Notes: generated by a model from the letters alone, not told the origin. 17,778 nt of DNA from Bdellovibrionia bacterium (GCA_049424145.1 JBMSSC010000049.1:1-17778), one strand, 5' to 3'. Shown: positions 8,105-16,305, counted from the stretch's first letter. A program made the numbers and translations.

Positions 8105-9209
8105 GCCTTCTGCCGAGACTCAAGCGCCGTGCCGAGTGACCCTTCCCAGTTCTCCCCTTCTCACCGGAATTGGAAGCCTCCCCCATCCCCACTACCCAAC
8201 GGCCTTGGAGTGGAGCTTTCAACTGAGCCTGCCTTTTCTCCCTCAAATTCCTAGGCGAAGCCCCTGGGAAGGGATGATTCCCCAGGCACTCGAGGGCTTT
8301 CCCGGGCTTATGCTTACAGGCACAAAAAAAGTGACCCTCAATTGGACTCATTGGCAGCAACAGGCAGAGACCCTCAGTGAACAACTCAAGATTGCTTTTG
8401 ACAGCTGCGGCACTAGCGCAGGCGATTTCGGCTTAAAAACGCATCCTGAGTCTCTGCAGGCGTTTGAGCCCACACCTCAGTCCATGAGTTGCTGGCACCC
8501 ATTTTTATGGGAGCTTGGGGAGAGAGGCCATGCCTTAGCCAAGATTCAGATTCTAGGACCTCTCACAGCCCCCTGGGCGCTTTCCCTAGAAAACGCTCCC
8601 CGTCAAGCCCCACTCGTTGAGTTGCACACGCAGGTCCATCAATTCCTGCTAGCACGAGCCCTGGCCATGACCCACGCCTTCCTACGACGGGGGATCACGC
8701 CACTGATTTTTCTGGATGAGCCCGGCCTCTTGGTGGTGAACTTCAAAGACTCGAAAGGAGCACTAGCCCTTTCAGAGCTCAAGCTGTTCATCCAAACGCT
8801 TCAAGCACACGGTGCGATTGTGGGACTGCACTGTTGTGGCCAAGCCGATTGGGATTCAATCCTTAAACTCCCCTTAGACGTGTTATCGTTGGATACAAGT
8901 CAATGCCTTCCTCAGGCGCTCCAATGCTCAGGAGCTCAAGCTTTTTCTCATTTTCTTAAAAACGGAGGTCGCCTCGCCTTGGGAATCATCCCGACCACTG
9001 CGGAGGCGGGGCTTGAGGTCATCCGTGGAAAAAAACTCGCTTCTTCTTTACTTCACTTGCTCGAAGCATCTTTTGATGCTTCTGTTCTCGCACAAATCCG
9101 TACTCAATCCCTCCTCACGCCTGCTTGCGGTCTAGCCACCCGAAGCCTGGCAGAGGCTGACTGGGTCTTTAGACAACTCAAGGAGGCACATGCCAATTTC
9201 AGTCTTTAA
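8088..9209 (+). CDS. Core (single-barrel) cobalamin-independent methionine synthase-like Zn methyltransferase, MesB/core-MetE type
   Basis: TGIGSLPH, PFLPQIPRR..WEGMIPQALEGFPG, KIQILGPLT, IFLDEP, GLHCCG (HxC), LSLD, LGIIPT, LLTPACGL (Cys). At about 373 aa it has no N-terminal folate-binding half of MetE. GGAGAGGG upstream; overlaps the metH stop. GTG 8085 is an alternative start. Confidence 0.85.
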   Translation: MKTSDKPSAETQAPCRVTLPSSPLLTGIGSLPHPHYPTALEWSFQLSLPFLPQIPRRSPWEGMIPQALEGFPGLMLTGTKKVTLNWTHWQQQAETLSEQLKIAFDSCGTSAGDFGLKTHPESLQAFEPTPQSMSCWHPFLWELGERGHALAKIQILGPLTAPWALSLENAPRQAPLVELHTQVHQFLLARALAMTHAFLRRGITPLIFLDEPGLLVVNFKDSKGALALSELKLFIQTLQAHGAIVGLHCCGQADWDSILKLPLDVLSLDTSQCLPQALQCSGAQAFSHFLKNGGRLALGIIPTTAEAGLEVIRGKKLASSLLHLLEASFDASVLAQIRTQSLLTPACGLATRSLAEADWVFRQLKEAHANFSL

Positions 9210-10794
9210 AGAAATGATCCCGCTTGCTCCCTTATCTTCTGAAAGCTTTGCCCAGAGTCAACTCCAAGTCAGCCTGATCATTCCCGCACGGCAGTCGGCG
9301 GAAACTCTAGAGGAAACGGTCAAGCAAGCCCATGCCTATTTAAAAACCCGATACCCGGGCCAGTTTGAGATCATCCTTGTACCCAACCCCAAGCCAGGGG
9401 ACCTAAGCGATCCTTCAATCGAACTGAGCTGGGCGATCGCCCAGCGATCCACCCAGGTTCGCGTGGTCCCCCACCTCTCACCGCCGGGCAAAGGAGCCGC
9501 CTTACGCACCGGCGTTCAAGCCGCTACCGGACGGTGGATTTTTTTCACCGATTCAGATCTCCCCTATGATTTAAGCTTCTTTGATGAAGCCGCGGCTGCT
9601 CTTCAATCCGGCGCGGGCTTAGTAGTTGGGAATCGACGACTGGGCCAAAGCACCTTTCGAGTGCCCGTGGGTTTACTGCGGCTGGCTTACCGTCGCCATC
9701 AGCTCGGACTCAGCTTCAATCGCCTGGTTCGGTGGATGCTACCCATCACGACAACCGATACCCAAGCCGGCATCAAGGCCCTTTTAAGGCCGCTGGCGAT
9801 CGAAGCGTTTTCCAGACAACGCTGCCCGGGCTTCTTATTCGACCTTGAGCTTTTTTTAACCGCTCATGCCCAAGGCTACCGCACCCAGCAATTGCCCGTC
9901 ACTCTCCACCTCAATAGTGAAAAAAGCACCGTAAGAGTACTTAAGGAATGTGTGCTCGTTTTGTACTGGCTCACGCTCATTGTGCTGAAAAACTACAGAG
10001 GCGATTATCAGAACACAGCACCGCGGAAGTCCATCTCCAACCTGAAAAAACTTCAGAGCCCCACTCCTCTTTACCCCCGCGTTTCTTGGGACACTCGTTT
10101 TTTTCTTTTTGCTCGCTGGCTTCTAACTCCGTACTTAGAAATGGCCAAAGCTTTACCGCCCGAAGGATTGATCCTCGATCTCGGCTGCGGCCATGGACTC
10201 CTAGCCTTTGCCGCAGTCCAAGATAGCCCAAGAAGAAAGATCTATGGGCTGGACCACGATCCAAAGCGCGTGAAACTCGCCTCTCAAGCCTTCATCCACA
10301 TCCCTGAAATTCAAATTCGCGAGGGGGATTTTCTCAAACTCCCGTGTCCAAGCACGGCTATTGAAGCCTGGCAGCCAACCCGCCCTCACTCCGAGCCACC
10401 CTCTCACCCCACGGCGCCTTTCGGCTACCAAGGGATTGCCATGATCGACGTTTTGCATTATTTTGATTTCTCAACCCAAAAGAGCATCTTAAAAGACGCC
10501 TATGAGCGCCTTGAAGCTCCAGGCACTCTGATTGTAAGGGAAGTGGAGCCGAATTCAGGTCTCATCTCAACTTGGAACCGCTTTTATGAAACCCTGGCAA
10601 CCGGAATTGGATTCACCCAATCGCAGGAAAAAGAGCTCTTTTTTAGAACGCAAGAGGAGTGGTGCCAACTCCTTCGAGAGATCGGATTTGAAGTGACTCA
10701 GAAGCGTTGCAGCAGCGTCTTGTTTTCGGATATTCTTTATCTCTGTGAAAAAACTCAGCCCCAATCGACCCCTCCGAGATCATCCCATGCTTGA
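9190..10794 (+). CDS. Fusion: polyprenol-phosphate glycosyltransferase (GT2, DPM/DPG-synthase-like) + class I SAM-dependent methyltransferase
   Basis: N-half: VSLIIPA, FEIILV, GKGAALRTG, IFFTDSDL (DxD), VVGNR, DTQAGIK, FLFDLE. C-half: LILDLGCGHG, GLDHD, MIDVLHY, GTLIVRE. AGGAGG at 9181-9186. ATG 9214 is an alternative start. Confidence 0.9.
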   Translation: MPISVFKEMIPLAPLSSESFAQSQLQVSLIIPARQSAETLEETVKQAHAYLKTRYPGQFEIILVPNPKPGDLSDPSIELSWAIAQRSTQVRVVPHLSPPGKGAALRTGVQAATGRWIFFTDSDLPYDLSFFDEAAAALQSGAGLVVGNRRLGQSTFRVPVGLLRLAYRRHQLGLSFNRLVRWMLPITTTDTQAGIKALLRPLAIEAFSRQRCPGFLFDLELFLTAHAQGYRTQQLPVTLHLNSEKSTVRVLKECVLVLYWLTLIVLKNYRGDYQNTAPRKSISNLKKLQSPTPLYPRVSWDTRFFLFARWLLTPYLEMAKALPPEGLILDLGCGHGLLAFAAVQDSPRRKIYGLDHDPKRVKLASQAFIHIPEIQIREGDFLKLPCPSTAIEAWQPTRPHSEPPSHPTAPFGYQGIAMIDVLHYFDFSTQKSILKDAYERLEAPGTLIVREVEPNSGLISTWNRFYETLATGIGFTQSQEKELFFRTQEEWCQLLREIGFEVTQKRCSSVLFSDILYLCEKTQPQSTPPRSSHA

Positions 10795-13648
10795 GCGATT
10801 CTTCACCGCACGCAACCTCCAGTGGGTGGAACGCATCACGGGCGCTCTTCTGAGCCTCCTGATTCCTCTTTATGCTTGGAAAGTCTGGGAACAGGGATAC
10901 AGTTACACCGACTTTTCTGTTTATTACCAAGCTGCGCTTCGCTTCGGAGCAGGTAAGTTTCAAGAGATTTACAGCCTCGCAGATGGGGCGTGTCCGTTTC
11001 GATACCCGCCTTTTTTTCTGCCCTTTTTTTCTCCCTTGGCACGCCTGAACTTTCAGACGGCTCGACTCACTTGGTACTTCCTTCAGGTCTTTTGTTTTGG
11101 TGGGGGATTTTATTTCATCTTTAAAACCCTGCGTGCTCTAAATCAACCGCAGGCGTTAGGACTCACGGGGTTGAGCTTTCTGTTCGTATTAAGATTCTGC
11201 TTGGACTGCTGGATGATCGGGCAAGTCTCAAGCCTCATGTTTTTAGGATTAAGCCTGGCTGCTTACTTCTGGGTCACCGAATCGCCCCGGTTAACAGCAT
11301 TTTTTCTCCTGCTCCCCTCCCTGTTTAAGATTGGCCCCGCCGTGATTTATGGGGTATTCCTCTGCCGCCCCATCCAAGAAATCCGACGTGCGATTCAAAC
11401 GGTGGTGATTTCCCTCAGCGTTGCCCTGGTGGGCTTAACTTTCAGTCTTCGGTCCTCTTTTAGTTCAGAGGTCTGGCAAAAAGTTGAGCTTCTTTGGAAA
11501 AACTGGCTCATCATTGTCTTGAACGATTCTCAGTACTTTGATGCCTCTCACTATGGAAGCCAGTCGATGAAGAGCTTTCTTTTGCGAGGGGTAAAAAGTA
11601 GCCTCATCTCAGCTGAGATGGCTCAGAGGATTTACCTGTGGGGCACTCTGCTCACCTGTGGACTTCTTTTTTTCTTCTGGTGTTTCAGAAAGCCTCGATC
11701 CCCATTGGGACGCGGCTTGTTTTTCTCTCTCGGGATTTTCATCTACCTCTGGTTTATGCCTGAGACGTTTAAGTACAGCCTGAGCTTTTTAGCTCTCCCG
11801 GTGGCTTTTCTCCTCACTGCAAGTCGGCTGAATCAATTCCAGGTATTCTCCCTCTTTTTTGGGGCCTGCGTTTTATCCATTCCTGGAAAGGATGTGGTGG
11901 GAGATTTCCTGTTTTTTGGATTTCAAAATCTCTCGCTTCCCTTTTTTGCGACCGTTGCTCTGGGTCTGAGTGCTCTTCAGCAAGCATTTTTGGAATCCGA
12001 ACCCAAGACCATCTGGAGTCAATGGATTCAGCCGGCCTGGAGGATTTTATTGAGAAAGCCTGAGGCTTTGGGTCCTTGGAAACAACTTCCGCCTCAGGAT
12101 AAAACCCTGGACTGCTCCGTTTTAATTCCCATCCAGCTTTCCCCCCCATCCTCAGACAAGAGAGATCCCTCTTTCAGGGACTTCGAGTTCATCGAGGGAT
12201 TCTTAAACCGCCTGGAAGACCAACTCAATCAAGCAGGACTCTTGTTTGAACTCATCCTAATTCCCTATGGAGAAGACCAATCCACCCTGAAAGAAGAGCG
12301 TCTGCTCAATGACCCTCGATTCATGAGGTCCCCCTCCGCCTCCCGTAAAATTCTTAACTCCATCGAAGCCACCACGCGGGCTCGAGCCCTTCGCTCAGGG
12401 TATTTAATCTCACGCGGTCACTTCCTGCTCATCACCAAGCTCGAGCAGCCCTGTGAGCCTTCTTTTTTCACCCGCGCAATCGATGAGCTTAAGCGAGGTT
12501 CTGATCTGGTTCGAGGCAATCGCAGACTCTCCGGGAGCCGATTTGAGATCCCCGTACGATTCCTATCGCTGGTTTATCGACGGCACCAGCTGGGCTTGGG
12601 ATTCAATCAAGCCCTCCGTCTCCTCCTTCCCATTCAAACCACGGATACGCAGGGTGGAAACCTCGCGCTCTCAGACAAGCTTGCTCAGCGCGTGTTTGCC
12701 CTACAAGGTTCGACCGATTTTCTTTTTGATCTGGAAGTCAGCCTCACAGCAACAGGGCATGATTTTTTACAAACTGACCTTCCCGTGTGTATTCAATTGA
12801 CCACCGAAAAACCCATCGCACAGGTGTTTTTGGAAACCCTTCAGATTGCAAAAGAACTGCCCAGCCTTCTGCGTCGGTACAAAAAAGGGTACTATCGCCC
12901 CTACTGCGGTGCCACGGGAATCACCGCGGATGACTGGGGCATGTCGTCAGCGATCAATCAGGGCATTTTAGAGTTGGCTCAATCCGGCGTGATCCGACGG
13001 GTTTCTCTCATGGCCAACACGGGCTTTTTAGAGGAAGGCTTAGAAGAGCTCAAAAAACTGCCTGTGGAGCTAGGCCTTCACTTTAACTTCACCTACGGAC
13101 GATCCTTAAGTGGAGCAAAGCTTTTTTCCTCTCCTCAAGCTCTACTTTTGGCCTGGCTCAAACCCTCTCAGACGCAAAGGTCTCTCCCCTCAGAAACTCG
13201 CCGTGAGCTCGTGGCACAGATTCAGAAACTTCGATCCTTAGGAGTCCATATTGCCTACTTCGATGGTCACCACCACATTCAAATTATTCCAGGACTAATC
13301 CAATCCATTGCAGACATCCTCCATTCTGAGGGAATCAAAAAGGTGAGACTCCCCTACGATCCCTCCCTCTGGCTTTCCACCAAAGCTCCCTTGGTATTCT
13401 TAGCGGCTTTGAGCCGAGCGTCGTTTACTCGTCATGGGTTTGAGTTTATGAAATGCATTTATCCGCAAAAGGCCCATTTTTTTGATCAAGGACGACTGAG
13501 AGCTTGTCTGAGTCAGGGAAAATCCGCAGAAGTCATTGTCCACCCGGCCTCGCACAACGATCTGCACACGCTCGAGTTTCAGGACTCCTACACCGAGGGG
13601 CGGGTGCTTGAGTATCAAGCCTTAAGAATGCTGGGGATTGACTCATGA
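10787..13648 (+). CDS. Triple fusion: GT87-like membrane glycosyltransferase (GT-C) + degenerate GT2 + YdjC/ChbG/HpnK-family deacetylase
   Basis: GT87-like part: TDFSVYYQAA, FRYPPFF, GQVS, FKIGP, SQS, many TM segments. GT2-like part (about 12100-12900): CSVLIP, FELILI, VRGNRR, DTQGG, FLFDLE. YdjC part (from about 12920): ITADDWG, VSLMAN, GLHFNFT, DGHHH, EVIVHP, R..EYQAL. ATG 10787 overlaps the upstream stop (ATGCTTGA) and is preferred over GTG 10745. Confidence 0.88.
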   Translation: MLERFFTARNLQWVERITGALLSLLIPLYAWKVWEQGYSYTDFSVYYQAALRFGAGKFQEIYSLADGACPFRYPPFFLPFFSPLARLNFQTARLTWYFLQVFCFGGGFYFIFKTLRALNQPQALGLTGLSFLFVLRFCLDCWMIGQVSSLMFLGLSLAAYFWVTESPRLTAFFLLLPSLFKIGPAVIYGVFLCRPIQEIRRAIQTVVISLSVALVGLTFSLRSSFSSEVWQKVELLWKNWLIIVLNDSQYFDASHYGSQSMKSFLLRGVKSSLISAEMAQRIYLWGTLLTCGLLFFFWCFRKPRSPLGRGLFFSLGIFIYLWFMPETFKYSLSFLALPVAFLLTASRLNQFQVFSLFFGACVLSIPGKDVVGDFLFFGFQNLSLPFFATVALGLSALQQAFLESEPKTIWSQWIQPAWRILLRKPEALGPWKQLPPQDKTLDCSVLIPIQLSPPSSDKRDPSFRDFEFIEGFLNRLEDQLNQAGLLFELILIPYGEDQSTLKEERLLNDPRFMRSPSASRKILNSIEATTRARALRSGYLISRGHFLLITKLEQPCEPSFFTRAIDELKRGSDLVRGNRRLSGSRFEIPVRFLSLVYRRHQLGLGFNQALRLLLPIQTTDTQGGNLALSDKLAQRVFALQGSTDFLFDLEVSLTATGHDFLQTDLPVCIQLTTEKPIAQVFLETLQIAKELPSLLRRYKKGYYRPYCGATGITADDWGMSSAINQGILELAQSGVIRRVSLMANTGFLEEGLEELKKLPVELGLHFNFTYGRSLSGAKLFSSPQALLLAWLKPSQTQRSLPSETRRELVAQIQKLRSLGVHIAYFDGHHHIQIIPGLIQSIADILHSEGIKKVRLPYDPSLWLSTKAPLVFLAALSRASFTRHGFEFMKCIYPQKAHFFDQGRLRACLSQGKSAEVIVHPASHNDLHTLEFQDSYTEGRVLEYQALRMLGIDS

Positions 13649-14991
13649 GCCAGCTCCAAGCGACGCTCCCGATTGAAAATGAGGATTTAAACCCAGCCAG
13701 CCTCGCTTCGGACAAAAAAGCTAGACTGAGTTGGAAATGGATTTCATTCTTAAGTCTCGCATTTTTAGCAGGCGTAGCGCTGCGCTTAAGCTTTGTTCAG
13801 GACATGGAATACAAAGAAGATGAGCAGATTGACTTTTTAGCCAGTCAGCTCAAGGGAGGTAAAGACGCTTGGCCCTGGTTTGGTATGCCCTCAGGCGTAT
13901 ACCTGGTCAATCCAGGAATGAGTCTTTGGGTATTTACGATCTTAGCTCGTCTTTTTGGAATCCACCATCCTACGGATTTAGCTCATGCCGTACAGGCTGT
14001 GGCTCTGATGGGCATGAGTCTTCTTGTTCCCTTTGCCTTAATCTGGGTGGCTGAGCAGGAGAGGAAGCTTTGGCTTTGGAGCTTTGCCCTAGCACTTGTG
14101 AACCCCTTTTTAGTCCTCTACCATCGAAAGCTTTGGCCGGAGGGATTTCTTCCTTTGTTCTCTGTACTCATCCTCATGGGGTGGTGGCGGAAGAGGAGTT
14201 TTTTTTGGGCTTTTCTTTGGGGTTTATCTGGGGCCTGCATAGGTCAGATTCACATGAGTGGATTTTTCCTCTCGGCTGCTTGTGTGCTCACCACTCTGAT
14301 TTGGGATCGAAAGCACACGGCGTGGAAAGGTTGGTTTTTAGGTTCAACCCTGGGGGCATTACCCCTGATTCCGTGGTTGATTCATATCGTGCAACACCCG
14401 GTGGGCCATTCCATGAGCGTGGGCTGGGAGGAAATCCAGCAGCTCAAGTTTTGGGTATTTTGGATCACCGACGCCCTGGGACTTCATTTGGGAACGTCCC
14501 TTGGGGTACATCGCGGCCCTCACCACTTTGATCAACTTGCGGACTTCATTCGGTTTCCCATCGTCTGGGGTCGGCCCTCCTATCTCGTCGGGGTGGCTCA
14601 TGGGGTATTAGCGGCTAGCGGGCTTGGGGTGCTCATCGAGTTAGGAAAAAATCGGTTCACTCAATTACGCCTGTCACGCCCAACGAAACTGGTCGTTACC
14701 TCGGCGTTTTTGGGCTGCGGGATACTTCTCACTCTCACGGGGGTTGCCATCCGTCGTTACTACCTGACTTCGACTTTTCCACTTGAGTTCTTAAGCCTCG
14801 TTGCTGCTGCGAATCCGAACACCCGACGTGGAAACTTCATTTTAGGCGCGATCTGGGTTTGTGAGCTCATCATTTCAATTAATTTTGTGTATTATATTCA
14901 CACCCACCAAGGTGCGCCTTTAGGGGATTACGGACAGGCGTACCACCTGATCGAAAGCTCAGAAAAGAATGCTCATCCTGAGCTTTTTTAG
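13645..14991 (+). CDS. GT-C fold integral membrane glycosyltransferase (ArnT/PMT_2, GT39/GT83-like)
   Basis: One TM helix ending LRL, then acidic EYKEDE loop motif; G..NPG; NPFLVLYHRKLWP; QIHMSG; many TM segments. ATGA overlap with the upstream stop. Confidence 0.78.
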   Translation: MSQLQATLPIENEDLNPASLASDKKARLSWKWISFLSLAFLAGVALRLSFVQDMEYKEDEQIDFLASQLKGGKDAWPWFGMPSGVYLVNPGMSLWVFTILARLFGIHHPTDLAHAVQAVALMGMSLLVPFALIWVAEQERKLWLWSFALALVNPFLVLYHRKLWPEGFLPLFSVLILMGWWRKRSFFWAFLWGLSGACIGQIHMSGFFLSAACVLTTLIWDRKHTAWKGWFLGSTLGALPLIPWLIHIVQHPVGHSMSVGWEEIQQLKFWVFWITDALGLHLGTSLGVHRGPHHFDQLADFIRFPIVWGRPSYLVGVAHGVLAASGLGVLIELGKNRFTQLRLSRPTKLVVTSAFLGCGILLTLTGVAIRRYYLTSTFPLEFLSLVAAANPNTRRGNFILGAIWVCELIISINFVYYIHTHQGAPLGDYGQAYHLIESSEKNAHPELF

Positions 14992-15038
14992 CCTATAAAA
15001 CCTATTGCAAAGATCGCTCTTTAGGTATAAGAACCTTC

Positions 15039-16067
15039 ATGGTTTTTTTTAGGCAATCTAGCCCTCCCATCGATCTCCCAGTTTATACCATTGGGCATAA
15101 AAGCAACCCCGAAAGATTGCTTGTGAAAGCCGCTCCAATGCAGGCTTTAAAACGTTCAAGATCCCACAGCAAGATTTCTATTTTCTCTGCTTGTAAGAAA
15201 CACGTTTTCATCGTCGCTATTCTAGCCATCATAACAGGACTCCAGGGCACCACCCCGGCTCTTGCCCTATCCGCACTTCACGGCTCTGCATCCTCTTCCT
15301 CGTTATCGTCCTCATCTAACTGGGAGTTGATCCAGCAAAAGATCCGCATCCGAAGCTTCAGTGAAATCATGTCTCCGGGGCTCAGCTCTCAGTCCGGTCT
15401 CATCCCGAATCACCAGGGAGGAAACTATGCACCCACCAATTGGTTTACGATCCTTTGGACTGATTATGAGATTGCAAAAAACATCCGTCTTCTTTACTGG
15501 CAAAGAGCCATCTTCATGCTGGGCTCGGATCAGAATTTTGAGCAATGGAAACTCTACCCGCGCGATCCTCGATTTGCTTTGCGACTCACTCAGGTCTTGA
15601 ACATCCCCAATTTAAACACGACCTTTGATTTTTATATTCAACCCGGAGTCACACAAAATAAGCTTTCTTTGGGAAATCACTATGAATTAGGCTTTCGGAC
15701 GAGCTCGAACTACACTCCTTCAGGATCCCGGTTCACCTTTGGACTCATCCAAGAATTCACCACCGCTTATCTAGACCCCGAAGGTCTAGGACCTCGTGCT
15801 TATGGATGGCTCATGCCGATGCTGAGCTACACGTTCAACCCATTCGTATCTTGGCAAACGACTTCTGTGTTTAATCTGACCAACTCCCGAAAGAAAGGCG
15901 TTTTTGACTGGAATTGGGATGATCCAAAACCCTACATGCAAAATGGAGTCAATCTCAATTTCACACCCTCCACCTCGATCACTCTTTTGATGAATCACTA
16001 CTTAGGGACTCGCCCGACGTTAAACAACACCTGGCTCTCTCTTTGGATTAGCGTTGATTTCATCTAG
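15039..16067 (+). CDS. Probable outer-membrane beta-barrel protein of unknown function
   Basis: Signal-like KKHVFIVAILAIITGLQGTTPALA, Ser-rich linker, then alternating aromatic/polar strands (YELGFRT, FTFGLIQEF, PMLSYTF, NGVNLNF, SITLLMNHY) ending WLSLWISVDFI. Start uncertain (15039 or ATG 15138). Confidence 0.6.
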   Translation: MVFFRQSSPPIDLPVYTIGHKSNPERLLVKAAPMQALKRSRSHSKISIFSACKKHVFIVAILAIITGLQGTTPALALSALHGSASSSSLSSSSNWELIQQKIRIRSFSEIMSPGLSSQSGLIPNHQGGNYAPTNWFTILWTDYEIAKNIRLLYWQRAIFMLGSDQNFEQWKLYPRDPRFALRLTQVLNIPNLNTTFDFYIQPGVTQNKLSLGNHYELGFRTSSNYTPSGSRFTFGLIQEFTTAYLDPEGLGPRAYGWLMPMLSYTFNPFVSWQTTSVFNLTNSRKKGVFDWNWDDPKPYMQNGVNLNFTPSTSITLLMNHYLGTRPTLNNTWLSLWISVDFI

Positions 16068-16215
16068 AAAAAAAAAAAAAACCCGAGAACAAATCCCCAC
16101 AACAGAAACCAACACCACATAAATCCATATAAAAAAAAAAATAAAAAAGACCGAGAAGACACCCCCCACTGCCTCTTTTTCATCTCTGCTCAGTTTTTTT
16201 GGAAAAAAGTAAAAA
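16068..16215. other. A-rich low-complexity stretch, possibly a sequencing/assembly artefact
   Basis: A14 at 16068-16081, A11 at 16131-16141, further A, C and T runs, and strong G/T depletion unlike the rest of the window. Confidence 0.6.
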
Positions 16216-16296
16216 ATCACGGATCTCAATCGGCTTCCCACCTTCTGAGCAGACTCACTGCCTGCGGCCTAAAAGCTGTGAGTTTTCATGCGTCTG

Positions 16297-16305
16297 TGAT
16301 AGGAT
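16297..16305 (+). promoter_or_regulatory. Candidate extended -10 promoter for the antiporter gene (possibly leaderless)
   Basis: TG-a-TAGGAT lies 6 nt upstream of ATG 16312. The internal AGGA could alternatively be a Shine-Dalgarno site. Confidence 0.4.

Noticed and set aside
12920..13648. Hopanoid biosynthesis (HpnK) or chitobiose (ChbG) assignment for the deacetylase
   Set aside because: No squalene-hopene cyclase, radical-SAM hpn or PTS genes in the window; only the YdjC family level is supported.
162..15998. Other short ORFs nested in or antisense to the long genes
   Set aside because: No recognisable motifs, and they overlap well-supported CDSs.
16020..16241. 73-aa hydrophobic minus-strand ORF
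   Set aside because: Its Phe/Val richness simply mirrors the poly-A low-complexity tract.
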